From a virus (taxonomy: Duplodnaviria; Caudoviricetes), in IMG/VR virus record IMGVR_UViG_3300050139_000074, positions 1 to 58,829 of that record: a stretch of 58,829 nucleotides of DNA. One strand, 5' to 3'. Position 1 is the stretch's first letter; each line of letters begins with the position of its first letter. Below are positions 47,939-56,881 of the stretch, piece by piece. A model generated the notes under the pieces. That model was not told the DNA's origin. It made no database searches and worked only from the letters and a program-made list of their open reading frames with translations. The position numbers were made by a program, and so were the translations under genes.

Positions 47939-49533
47939 AAATAAAGTCTCCGATACGCGTCTGCCAGTGAGTCGGTCCAGCCCCATTCAGCCATCTTTCG
48001 GTAGACGTTCCACTGCTCAACATCTATAAGCATCTTTGCCTGGTTAATGTTGATCACTTCTTCTCCGGCGAACACTTCAGGATAGCAGCAGGCAACAGTG
48101 ACCTTGCTGTACTTCTCTTTAAGCTCCGGGAGTAGCGCTGCGGCTACAATATGATCACCGAGGCCGTTATCGAGAACGATGATCTTACCAAGATCCAATG
48201 AGAGGAGCCGACTGGTCTCGGAGAACACAGCTTCGTCATGTGCAAACAAGTCTTTTGCCCTCTCTCTGATTCCGCCAAAGGGGTTCTTGAGGTGCCAAGT
48301 GACGCAGGGAGTCACCAAGACTTTGTACCCAGAGCATCGGAGTTTCCATGTGAAGTCCGTCTCTTCCCGGTGAGCCGCACGACTGAGTAGCAAGTTATAA
48401 TCTGCAACTCCGGCCCGGTACAAGAAAGAGCAGTGGAGATGCTCAACTTCCTGAGTCTCCTTGATTTTGCCCCACTGGATGTTTGGTTCGGAGAACAGGT
48501 TCTCCAGCTTGCCTGTAGCATTTATTGTTGGTACTGACGGCGGGGTAAGTATAGATCCACCTACGGCGCCTACACCATCGGCCATCTGCGCAAGAAGTTT
48601 CTCCAGCACATCAGGATTCGGCATGCAATCGTCGTCAATGCGCCACACGAAGTCATAACCCGATAGGTTCGCCCTCTGATGATTAAAGTGCTGCCCTCTT
48701 GGCTCATCTGGGTAGTACACCTCCCACTGAACGCCCTTCATCTGGAGCATCTGGAGGAGGTAAGCGTAGTGGGGCAGTTCTCTGAGATCTACTCTCGTCT
48801 CCGCCTCGTTATCGTCATAGATAATCAACTTCTCAGGCAGTCGTGTCTGCATAAGAACTGCTTGCAGGGCAAGGGGCAGAGTCGTCTCATATCTACCACG
48901 GGTAGAGATAGAGCAGAGAACCGAAGGCTCCGCCGTAAGTACCACACCTTTTTGCCACTTGAGGAGCATGAGGTTCTTGCCACATCCCTCTTCCGGTACA
49001 GAAATTATCTGGCCGTCGAAGCTGACATACTCAGTCTTCACATCTTTAAACTGTGCCACCGTCAGATGGTGCAACTTATGGTGTTCACCCCAGAATCCAG
49101 GGGTCTCGTCGTACGGGCAGGAAACGAGCAAGGTATTGCAATGCTCCTTCAGGATCTCTACGAGTTCAAGGCCGTTTTCAAGATGCTCGATTACTTCGAA
49201 AGCGATGATGGTATCTGCGTAGTAGTTGGGGAATAGCTCGAACAGGCGGTTCACATCACAGCAGCGGAACTTTGTACCTGGTGCTTCGAAGTTCACCTTG
49301 GCAACTTCAATGATCTTACGATCAAGGTCCACGCCTGTATAGTCAAGGGCCTCTGGCAAGAACTGCCGGCCATACCCGGTAGAGCACCCAATCTCAAGGA
49401 CAGAAGATCCTGTGAGGTTCTTGGCCGCCCACTCGTAGCGGGCGCGTTCACGGGGGAGAACTTCGTCTCCCTGAAGGAAGACGGCTCTCTCATATTTATT
49501 TGACAGCATGTAACGGTACTCTTCAGGCCGCAT
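47935..49533 (-). CDS. fusion: SAM methyltransferase + GT2 glycosyltransferase + GT9 N-terminal segment
   Basis: VLEIGCSTGYG, FEVIEHL; IYDD, RIDDD, REETD; NGLGDHI. Confidence 0.88.
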   Translation of the reverse strand: MRPEEYRYMLSNKYERAVFLQGDEVLPRERARYEWAAKNLTGSSVLEIGCSTGYGRQFLPEALDYTGVDLDRKIIEVAKVNFEAPGTKFRCCDVNRLFELFPNYYADTIIAFEVIEHLENGLELVEILKEHCNTLLVSCPYDETPGFWGEHHKLHHLTVAQFKDVKTEYVSFDGQIISVPEEGCGKNLMLLKWQKGVVLTAEPSVLCSISTRGRYETTLPLALQAVLMQTRLPEKLIIYDDNEAETRVDLRELPHYAYLLQMLQMKGVQWEVYYPDEPRGQHFNHQRANLSGYDFVWRIDDDCMPNPDVLEKLLAQMADGVGAVGGSILTPPSVPTINATGKLENLFSEPNIQWGKIKETQEVEHLHCSFLYRAGVADYNLLLSRAAHREETDFTWKLRCSGYKVLVTPCVTWHLKNPFGGIRERAKDLFAHDEAVFSETSRLLSLDLGKIIVLDNGLGDHIVAAALLPELKEKYSKVTVACCYPEVFAGEEVININQAKMLIDVEQWNVYRKMAEWGWTDSLADAYRRLYL

Positions 49534-51807
49534 TTATGCCTCTTTCCACACCTGACTGCACAGCCAGTTGCTACCTGCGATTGATGTTGCAACTACAAGA
49601 ACTCTCTTACCCGCCGATGGTGTAAATGGGTTACCTGAGAACCCCGAACCGGACATATCTGTCGCCCCGCTGCCGGCGATTCCTCCGGAGATGCCTACGG
49701 TGTACCCTGATGTTGCGTGCCCAGTGAGAAGAAGGGTAAGCGACTTGGCCCCGGAGGCTGAGGAAACTGCGGGGAACCCGAGTACAATATTTGCTGTCAG
49801 CGGCCCGATACTCTGTACGTTCGCGTTCGCGTAGTTAATTGGTATCCAGCCCGATGTAGCTGTCGGATAATCAGTCTCGATGTACCCCGGCGAGACGCCG
49901 CCGACTGCTCCGGAGAATCCTGAGTAACCCGATATACCGGAACCGGAGTAACCGGAGTAACCTGATATGCCACTCCATCCTGAGAACCCGGATGTACCTA
50001 CCGCTCCGGAGAATCCTGAGAATCCAGAACCTGAGAAGCCGGAGTAACCAGAGGTGCCTGCGGCGCCGTTCGTACCTGAGTACCCGGAGAAGCCTGATGT
50101 TGCTACTCCTGTGGGCCCTGAGTACCCAGAGTACCCTGAAATTCCGGAACCTGAGTACCCGGAATATCCTGATGTGCCGGCACCCGTTGCTCCTGAGTAC
50201 CCAGAATAACCGCTTACCCCTGAGCCTGAGTACCCAGAGAATCCAGATAAACCTGACGTACCTACACCGGTTGCACCTGAGTAACCGGAGATCCCGGAAC
50301 CTGAATACCCGGAGTAGCCACTTATACCTGAGGCTCCTACGGAGCCTGAGTACCCAGATAAACCTGACGTACCTACACCAGTTGCTCCTGAGTACCCAGA
50401 ATAACCGCTTACCCCCGAGCCTGAGTACCCGGAATACCCACTGTAACCTGATTTCCCCGAAAGCCCTTGGAGACCGGTGCCGCCCGCGCCTACTGCGTTC
50501 TGTGCAACGGCGTAATCGACAAAGATCTCGTGCCCGGAGAACCCACTGGATATGTGGTAGATGCGCGAAAGTACTGCCCCTCCGCTGATGTAGTTTGTGC
50601 CTACTGGCACCGGTATGATGACGGCGTTAAGAGCTGTTGAAGGTGGTATGACACCTACGGTGTCCCACGCTGCTGTGCTATTATTATAGAGCTGAAGATC
50701 CACAATATGCGCGGATGACCCCGTGTACCAGACGTTCAACGTGATCTGGTTCAGCTCTGTTACCCCAGAGAAGTCTACTCGTATATCGAAGCCGGGAACC
50801 CCTGAGACTTCTTGCACGTCGTAGACGTTGCCATCGTTGTACGTCTGTATCGAGGTGAGATCCCCACCGTTGAGCGTCCCGGTTGTGAGCGAGACTGATC
50901 CTGCTGCGAACGTCTCTGTTACTGGTGTGAGCCCCGAGTAACCCGACTTCCCGGAGAATCCAGAATAGCCGCTGTACCCTGCGCCCGATACTCCAGAGTA
51001 TCCTGAATACCCACTTATACCTGAGCCGGAGAAACCCGAGGCTCCTACGGAGCCGGAGAACCCAGAGAACCCGGAGGTTCCACTGAACCCGGAAGTGCCT
51101 ATGCCTGAGAACCCGGAGAACCCACTGAACCCAGAAGTGCCTATACCAGAGAACCCGGAGGCTCCTGAAGCCCCATTGAGACCAGAGAACCCTGAGGTGC
51201 CAGTGCCTGAGTAACCAGAGAACCCGGAGGCTCCGGAGAAGCCGGAGTATCCCGAAGCGGTAGCGAGACCGTCGAGACCCGAGAAGCCGGAGTACCCACT
51301 TATACCTGAACCTGAGAACCCAGAGTATCCCGAGAACCCGCTTACCCCTGAACCCGAGTACCCGGAGGCTCCCGCGGAGCCGGAGTACCCAGAGAAGCCA
51401 CTCTTGCCTGAGTACCCTGACGTCCCGACCGGAAGGTCAATCGGGGGGTACAGTGTACCTTGGATATTGAACTCACTCCATGAGATGGGTGTGAGATCCC
51501 CGGTGAGTAGTGCTGCTGAGAACGGGGTGAAGTTTCTATGCACTACCTCGCACCGGTAAACGGTGAACGTCGCACCACGATCATTCGGCCACAGGTTGAC
51601 AGAGAACTCACCATTCTGGTTGGTGGTCGCTGTTATTACGGATGTGATTATTCGTTCCCGGTTGATCGCGTCCCACGTATCTGAGGGCTGGTCGTACTCA
51701 TCTGTAAGGGTGAATTTGATGAGGATATTTGCAAGCGGTGTGCCGGTGGCATCCACAAGAGGTTGGCCGGAGTTTGTTATGGTGCGTACAATTGATGGGC
51801 TTGGCAT
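49534..51807 (-). CDS. Gly-X-Ser repeat (collagen-like) fibre protein
   Basis: Two blocks of SGYSG/SGFSG repeats separated by a globular domain; CAGGAG RBS before ATG 51807. Confidence 0.8.
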   Translation of the reverse strand: MPSPSIVRTITNSGQPLVDATGTPLANILIKFTLTDEYDQPSDTWDAINRERIITSVITATTNQNGEFSVNLWPNDRGATFTVYRCEVVHRNFTPFSAALLTGDLTPISWSEFNIQGTLYPPIDLPVGTSGYSGKSGFSGYSGSAGASGYSGSGVSGFSGYSGFSGSGISGYSGFSGLDGLATASGYSGFSGASGFSGYSGTGTSGFSGLNGASGASGFSGIGTSGFSGFSGFSGIGTSGFSGTSGFSGFSGSVGASGFSGSGISGYSGYSGVSGAGYSGYSGFSGKSGYSGLTPVTETFAAGSVSLTTGTLNGGDLTSIQTYNDGNVYDVQEVSGVPGFDIRVDFSGVTELNQITLNVWYTGSSAHIVDLQLYNNSTAAWDTVGVIPPSTALNAVIIPVPVGTNYISGGAVLSRIYHISSGFSGHEIFVDYAVAQNAVGAGGTGLQGLSGKSGYSGYSGYSGSGVSGYSGYSGATGVGTSGLSGYSGSVGASGISGYSGYSGSGISGYSGATGVGTSGLSGFSGYSGSGVSGYSGYSGATGAGTSGYSGYSGSGISGYSGYSGPTGVATSGFSGYSGTNGAAGTSGYSGFSGSGFSGFSGAVGTSGFSGWSGISGYSGYSGSGISGYSGFSGAVGGVSPGYIETDYPTATSGWIPINYANANVQSIGPLTANIVLGFPAVSSASGAKSLTLLLTGHATSGYTVGISGGIAGSGATDMSGSGFSGNPFTPSAGKRVLVVATSIAGSNWLCSQVWKEA

Positions 51808-51842
51808 GACATACTCCTGGCCGATGTTCGTCGGCAAAGGGG

Positions 51843-52337
51843 TTACAGATTTATTTGGATATTCACCATGTTCGCCGGTCCGCTGCCCTTTTCTTCCTTC
51901 GGCTCAAGCCGGCCAAGGCGCGTGACGATCTTGAAAGCATCCAGTTTCTGGGCAAAAGGGATGTTGCTGTGCAACGCCCCGTCGAGTTCTGGTAACCAAT
52001 CTTCTGCGATCATCTCACATTTCTTACTGAAGATGAGCCCCTCATCACGCACTACTTTCTGCGCTGCGGAGAGTTCTCGGCGGAACGCTTCCGACTGCTT
52101 TAGGGTCTCATATTGGCTAAGTGTGAGCGAGTATTTAAAGAGCAGTTCTTCCTCAGTCTGAAGATTGAGTGCCAACTCCATTGGCAGGCGCACCGGCCAC
52201 GGAGAGAGCTTTTCATGTACTGGAACGAGATCCAATACCAGAGGCGGAGAAGCCTCTGGGAGACCGAGATGCTCTGCGAGCAACGCATCGTCGTAACCGA
52301 ATCCAAGATCTTCATTTTCAAATGCTAAGGAGGCCAT
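51843..52337 (-). CDS. putative terminase small subunit
   Basis: First gene of late arm; helical core, C-terminal VNIQINL beta tail. Confidence 0.6.
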   Translation of the reverse strand: MASLAFENEDLGFGYDDALLAEHLGLPEASPPLVLDLVPVHEKLSPWPVRLPMELALNLQTEEELLFKYSLTLSQYETLKQSEAFRRELSAAQKVVRDEGLIFSKKCEMIAEDWLPELDGALHSNIPFAQKLDAFKIVTRLGRLEPKEEKGSGPANMVNIQINL

Positions 52338-52344
52338 GCGGGGG

Positions 52345-52373
52345 AGGGTAGTGAATTAATTCCTGTGTGTCAA
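52345..52373 (-). promoter_or_regulatory. putative late promoter
   Basis: TTGACA-17-TACCCT on minus strand. Confidence 0.5.
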
Positions 52374-52390
52374 GGTAAAAGTGAGTTGAT

Positions 52391-52642
52391 TCACCACTCA
52401 CTCTTACGGGCTGCGTTCGGGCACCCGTTCGGCCCAAGGGCTTCGTCCACTCGTAGGGGTAGTTCTTTGAAGAACCTTGAGTCACGTTTCTGCGCATCCT
52501 GTGCTTCGCGTAGGAGCTTCTCTGGCGTTCTTGAGTTCCCGCTGTCGTACCCTTGGTACGTAGGTTTCAGGATGCCTAAGAGCTTTGCGAACTCGCCTAT
52601 AGAGTACTTCATCTGGAGGCGTATCTTCTTTATTTGGGTCAT
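52391..52642 (-). CDS. XRE-family HTH regulator
   Basis: IKKIR....SI.EFAKLLGI...TYQGYDSG...P; AAGGAGG RBS. Confidence 0.85.
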   Translation of the reverse strand: MTQIKKIRLQMKYSIGEFAKLLGILKPTYQGYDSGNSRTPEKLLREAQDAQKRDSRFFKELPLRVDEALGPNGCPNAARKSEW

Positions 52643-52973
52643 ACGCTTTCCTCCTTTTTCGTACACAATATCACCGTTTCAAATGTTTTACAAGTGTGAA
52701 ATTTTGAGGGTGGTATTTTTAGGCATTGATCTGCACCCCCCGCCCCTTGTCATACGGTGCGTGGTGCTCTGGGGTTGCAATTTTACGTGTAAAATTCTTT
52801 ACTTTTGGATTCTGAGAGGGCTTGTGTTACGCTCCGCATGAGTAGCCTCTGGGGGCGGGGCATCGAAGCCCCCATTCGTTATCTGAGAAAATCTGACTGT
52901 GCAATCATAATGCCTGGAATGATTCATCGTCACGTAGTGACTACTTAATCCCGAGCGTAGCGAGGGCGCCCGC

Positions 52974-53005
52974 AAAAAAAGAAGGGGCCGATGTTTTGGC
53001 CCCTC
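52974..53005 (-). terminator. intrinsic terminator of leftward early operon
   Basis: AGGGGCC stem followed by TCTTTTTTT on the minus strand. Confidence 0.8.
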
Positions 53006-53100
53006 AATGCTTCAATTATGCCTTGTGTTCCACTCTAAACACGCCGCTTCAAACTCCGACGACCCGCGCTCCGCCCGTGGTGTGCTGTCTATCCAGCGCC

Positions 53101-53346
53101 TTAGGTCTCTATCTGACATTGTTTTGAACATCTTCTCACCTCCTCCTGAACCTTCCTAACGATGGCTGTGCAATCGAGTTTTCTATCCTCTGCGAAGTGT
53201 AACAGGTCGGTCATAAGATCTTCTATACCTTCCTGGAGCTCTTCATTCCTGCTCGTGAGGTTCGCATACCCTGCTGACATAAGCGCGTGTAGCGCATCGG
53301 CTCTTCTTTGTCGTGGTGACATGGTCTTAGTACCTCCTGGAGACAT
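53101..53346 (-). CDS. hypothetical protein
   Basis: DLMTDLLHFA motif; likely start is internal ATG after AGGAGG. Confidence 0.65.
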   Translation of the reverse strand: MSPGGTKTMSPRQRRADALHALMSAGYANLTSRNEELQEGIEDLMTDLLHFAEDRKLDCTAIVRKVQEEVRRCSKQCQIET

Positions 53347-53379
53347 AAATTAGTACAACTATGATTGCTAATATAGGGA

Positions 53380-54135
53380 TCACGGCGTCGGCTCCCATAA
53401 CATGCCGATACGCTCCATGTCTGCTTTAAATGCTTCGATAAGCGCGGGAGATCGGGCCTCGAGTAATGTTCTGAGCTCTTCTTTTGGCAGACACAACTGA
53501 TCGTCTGTTGCTTCGGGCCATACCGCGCTGGACCGAGCGTAGTCTAGTCGACGCTCTTTACCCTCTCCAGTACGCAACCATGGAACGTATCGCGTGGCTG
53601 CCTGCACTTCTGGGCATGTAGCAGAGTCAACGTACTGCTCTAACTTCTCCGTCGCTTCCGGCTTCCAGGCAAGAAGACCTGTTTTACCATTTCGAATCTG
53701 CCTTGTCTCGCCCTTACGCAGTCCATTACAGTCCTGGTCTCCTGCGTGATACAGTGTGTTAGCGATATAATGCATCGGCCCGTCTGCGTCCATTAAATGC
53801 CATTTTATAAGTGGCGCAAGCTCGGGAAATCTCTTTGCAATCTCCTCGTGCATACACCCGCCCGCCGCTATGTCGCGTTGTCTCCTGGATTCGTCGGTAT
53901 AAACGTACGCTGTGATACTGAATGACTGATGACCGTTGCCGCACCGGTCGTCGAAACGGATAGATACAATCATCGTGCCGTTTGTTCCGTAACCCTTGAT
54001 ACGTCGTGACACGCTTTTCCATTCCTGAGACCTGTGTACGAGTCGGCCTCTAACGTCTTTCGGCTCGCTTACAGTTCCCATCTCACCCGCTACGCCGTTG
54101 ATTGTGTGGTTATGCTTTTCAATTGGGTAACTCAT
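53380..54135 (-). CDS. hypothetical early protein
   Basis: D.CGNGH.SFSIT, GGCMHEEI...FPEL.PLIKWHL....GPMHY.AN.LY; GAGG RBS. Confidence 0.75.
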   Translation of the reverse strand: MSYPIEKHNHTINGVAGEMGTVSEPKDVRGRLVHRSQEWKSVSRRIKGYGTNGTMIVSIRFDDRCGNGHQSFSITAYVYTDESRRQRDIAAGGCMHEEIAKRFPELAPLIKWHLMDADGPMHYIANTLYHAGDQDCNGLRKGETRQIRNGKTGLLAWKPEATEKLEQYVDSATCPEVQAATRYVPWLRTGEGKERRLDYARSSAVWPEATDDQLCLPKEELRTLLEARSPALIEAFKADMERIGMLWEPTP

Positions 54136-54256
54136 AGTCCTAGCACCTCTTTCCATTGATTTATGAATCTCTGAATCTCTGCCGCGCTGGTAAAATTGGC
54201 GGCTCTGTTTGCGTCGGTAAATGCCTGTTGAAAATCATAGCTGCTGACGGTGGTTT

Positions 54257-54442
54257 TCATGGTTGGTACTCCTTGTGTATTTCGTCGTCTTTTATCATCG
54301 TTACAGGCTCATTTCCTGCGCGTCCAATACCTCTTTTTGATATGCCGACATAACTGTTATAGTCTCGCGTTGCTGTAAATCCGTTTGTTCCTTCATACAC
54401 CGTGCCGACGTTGCCGACAATCACCTGGTAGTTATGGTTCAT
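54257..54442 (-). CDS. hypothetical early protein
   Basis: YQVIVGNVGTVY; GGAGG RBS; ATGA overlap. Confidence 0.65.
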   Translation of the reverse strand: MNHNYQVIVGNVGTVYEGTNGFTATRDYNSYVGISKRGIGRAGNEPVTMIKDDEIHKEYQP

Positions 54443-55383
54443 AGTCCTAACACCTCCCGCCATTGATTTATAAACCTGTCAATCTCTTGAGCTGTAAACG
54501 TGTGGCAACCGGCACGGACCGTGCCGTGTTCGTCGATTGCATCGAGCGTGAAAACTCCAAGCGGGATCTTGTGGCCGTTGGTGTGGTATGGTGTCCAAGT
54601 GCCGCACGGCTGTAAACCCTCGTACTGCTGGCGCGATAACCAGAATTTAAGAGCTGTCACAGCATGATCCAGCGGGCAACGTGCACCTTGACTGGTTAGT
54701 ATCTCCCCGGCGCGGATAGCGATTTGATCCGTGCCGTACACTCTGTAGCTGGTCGGATAATAGCCGGCGCCGGTCGTTAGCCATGTGGTGTATGCTTCCA
54801 GGTCATCAGCACGTTGTGCGGCTTCGCGGGCCTGTTTTGCTTCTCGTGCGGCTTTCTGCTGGCTGGCGGCTGCCTCGGTCCATTGTTTAGTCACTGCTTC
54901 GTTAAAGCCTGGCAGGTCGGCGGCTGGTAGATTAAATGCTGCAAGTGCTGTCTGGATCGTGTCACGCCTGGCGTTATACTGGTTTATCGCATTTGCTTTT
55001 GTGGTTGCTCTGGTACGTGGTTTAAATGCGTCTTGTAGGTCGGCGGCTGCCTGGTCGATGGCGGCCTGTATTATTGCTGCAGGTGTGCGGCTGTAACTCT
55101 GCCAGTGGTTAGCAAACGCAGGAGTGTAAAACCGGTTTAAATGCTGGGTTGCCTGTCGGCTGGTGCTGACATGCTTTCCGGTGGTGGGTGTCAGACTGGA
55201 ATCAGACAAAAAAGCCCAGCGGTTGCCTGCTGCGTCGTCTTCAATCTGTGCGATCACAGTTGAATAGCTGTAAAGCAATTTACCCTCGAATGATACATTT
55301 GAACCGCTCCGGGCGTCGTCCTGGCTCTGGTGTGCCCATAGGTGGATTACTTGAGCTGCTGGGAATACGTGGCGTTGTCTCAT
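54439..55383 (-). CDS. hypothetical early protein
   Basis: HLWA.Q, SF.G..LYSY, TSQGA..P, AGCH; AGGAG RBS. Confidence 0.75.
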   Translation of the reverse strand: MRQRHVFPAAQVIHLWAHQSQDDARSGSNVSFEGKLLYSYSTVIAQIEDDAAGNRWAFLSDSSLTPTTGKHVSTSRQATQHLNRFYTPAFANHWQSYSRTPAAIIQAAIDQAAADLQDAFKPRTRATTKANAINQYNARRDTIQTALAAFNLPAADLPGFNEAVTKQWTEAAASQQKAAREAKQAREAAQRADDLEAYTTWLTTGAGYYPTSYRVYGTDQIAIRAGEILTSQGARCPLDHAVTALKFWLSRQQYEGLQPCGTWTPYHTNGHKIPLGVFTLDAIDEHGTVRAGCHTFTAQEIDRFINQWREVLGL

Positions 55384-55449
55384 GTTATAGTTCTCCTGTT
55401 ATTGTGTGGTATGCCGCTACTATGATCCATGATAGTAAGAATATGCCAG

Positions 55450-56136
55450 TTAGCATCTGGTATGCTCCTCGTCCGGCGTGCTCTGCTCTATAAAGATTCT
55501 CTCCAGCTCCTCCGCCGTATAACCATCATACCCGTGGTACCCCCAGCACTCGTCGCGCCCCGGTTCGGTCCATGGCTCTGCTATCGATCTGCGCTCATAT
55601 ATCCAGACAACTACGCCATACACCTCGCCGTTGCACCATTGCGAATATGTTTTAAGTGCTCCATGTGCGTAACTGTACGCGTCCGTCACGTCCTCGGGTA
55701 CTATGTAATATCCTAGGCAGCCGTCCAGGACGCGCTCCGCTTCGGACTCATACCCATCGATGATCGTCCTACCTCCGGCGCGTTTGCCGGGGCGGCAATC
55801 TTTAGCAGTTAATAACACGCCCGCTGAATAGTCAGGACTCCCGCCGTCAACCGTGACAACTCTGCCCGGATTCGCTCTGACAGTCCTTTTAAACTCTTCA
55901 AAGTCAGGCCGGGGCGTGGCGTGTTTGTACGACCGGTCAAACTGGTAAAAATCGCCATCTTCTGATATTTCGAACGGATCTTCGCCGCACTCGTCCTGCA
56001 CCAGGAAGGCCAGCACTGCTTTTAAACCGTTGGCGGCAACATAAACGTGCGCTGGGTCTCCTTCTGGATCGAACGGAAGCGGAAACGTTTCCTCATCGAT
56101 CTCTAGACTGTAATCGGTATGTTTTCTAAGTTTCAT
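55450..56136 (-). CDS. hypothetical early protein
   Basis: Y.QW.NGEVYG, ECWGY.G; GAGGAGG RBS before ATG 56136. Confidence 0.75.
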   Translation of the reverse strand: MKLRKHTDYSLEIDEETFPLPFDPEGDPAHVYVAANGLKAVLAFLVQDECGEDPFEISEDGDFYQFDRSYKHATPRPDFEEFKRTVRANPGRVVTVDGGSPDYSAGVLLTAKDCRPGKRAGGRTIIDGYESEAERVLDGCLGYYIVPEDVTDAYSYAHGALKTYSQWCNGEVYGVVVWIYERRSIAEPWTEPGRDECWGYHGYDGYTAEELERIFIEQSTPDEEHTRC

Positions 56137-56171
56137 TTTGAACACCTCCTCGTGGTTTTTTATTTGATCTA

Positions 56172-56199
56172 AGTATACCCGGAATCGTCTGTTTGTCAA
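56172..56199 (-). promoter_or_regulatory. strong leftward early promoter
   Basis: TTGACA-16-TATACT with AT-rich upstream element. Confidence 0.85.
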
Positions 56200-56825
56200 A
56201 TAAATAAATATAATTTATTTATTGATTCTGGTGAGTTACGTAGGATGTGACCCTCTGGGTTAAGCCTAGCGTCGTAGAACTAAGAATTATGAGCTTTATT
56301 TTTATTGAAGTAGCCACCAAAAAACAGTGCTATTGAATCAAACCAGTAACTTACGCTAAAAAGTAGTTCGTAGTATCATCGTGCTTTAGCCATCGTGTGT
56401 CAGAGAACAGCCACGTAAGTAGCTAGAATTTAGTATGTTATGTTTAGTATATCTATTAATAATGAGTAGTATGCTAAATTATAGATGACCATATAAACTA
56501 AACAACCGACGAGTTACGTAAAATACGAAGCAAACCGCGACGCCCTTCCTCGCCACGTTTCTACAACTCGACGGTTGTTTAGTTTTTGTGGTCTATTGTA
56601 TTTTGACTAACTTAGCTCTATCTCTATGAAATACGAACACGTCGATTCGTAACACGTCGATATTACAACACATAACACCAAATACATAGTACTGCCTCCT
56701 AGCACGACACAAAATTGCACGATGATTATCATAAATATAGCTACAACACCGCGTCGTATTTAGATACAACAACCTCCCATGTCAAAAATTTTATGCTCAC
56801 CTTACGCTATACTAAAAATAAACGC
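56200..56825. other. AT-rich non-coding region with nested inverted repeats, candidate replication origin
   Basis: 29-bp IR 56487-56515/56565-56593 (26/29), 10-bp IR 56375-56384/56717-56726; between divergent promoters. Confidence 0.5.
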
Positions 56826-56853
56826 TTGACTTTATCGTGTTTATTGGTACAAT
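56826..56853 (+). promoter_or_regulatory. rightward early promoter
   Basis: TTGACT-16-TACAAT. Confidence 0.75.
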
Positions 56854-56881
56854 TCAGCATCAAAACAAGGGGGTCTACTCA

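Noticed and set aside
49992-50588. 198-aa repetitive + strand ORF
   Set aside because: Antisense reading of the Gly-X-Ser repeats
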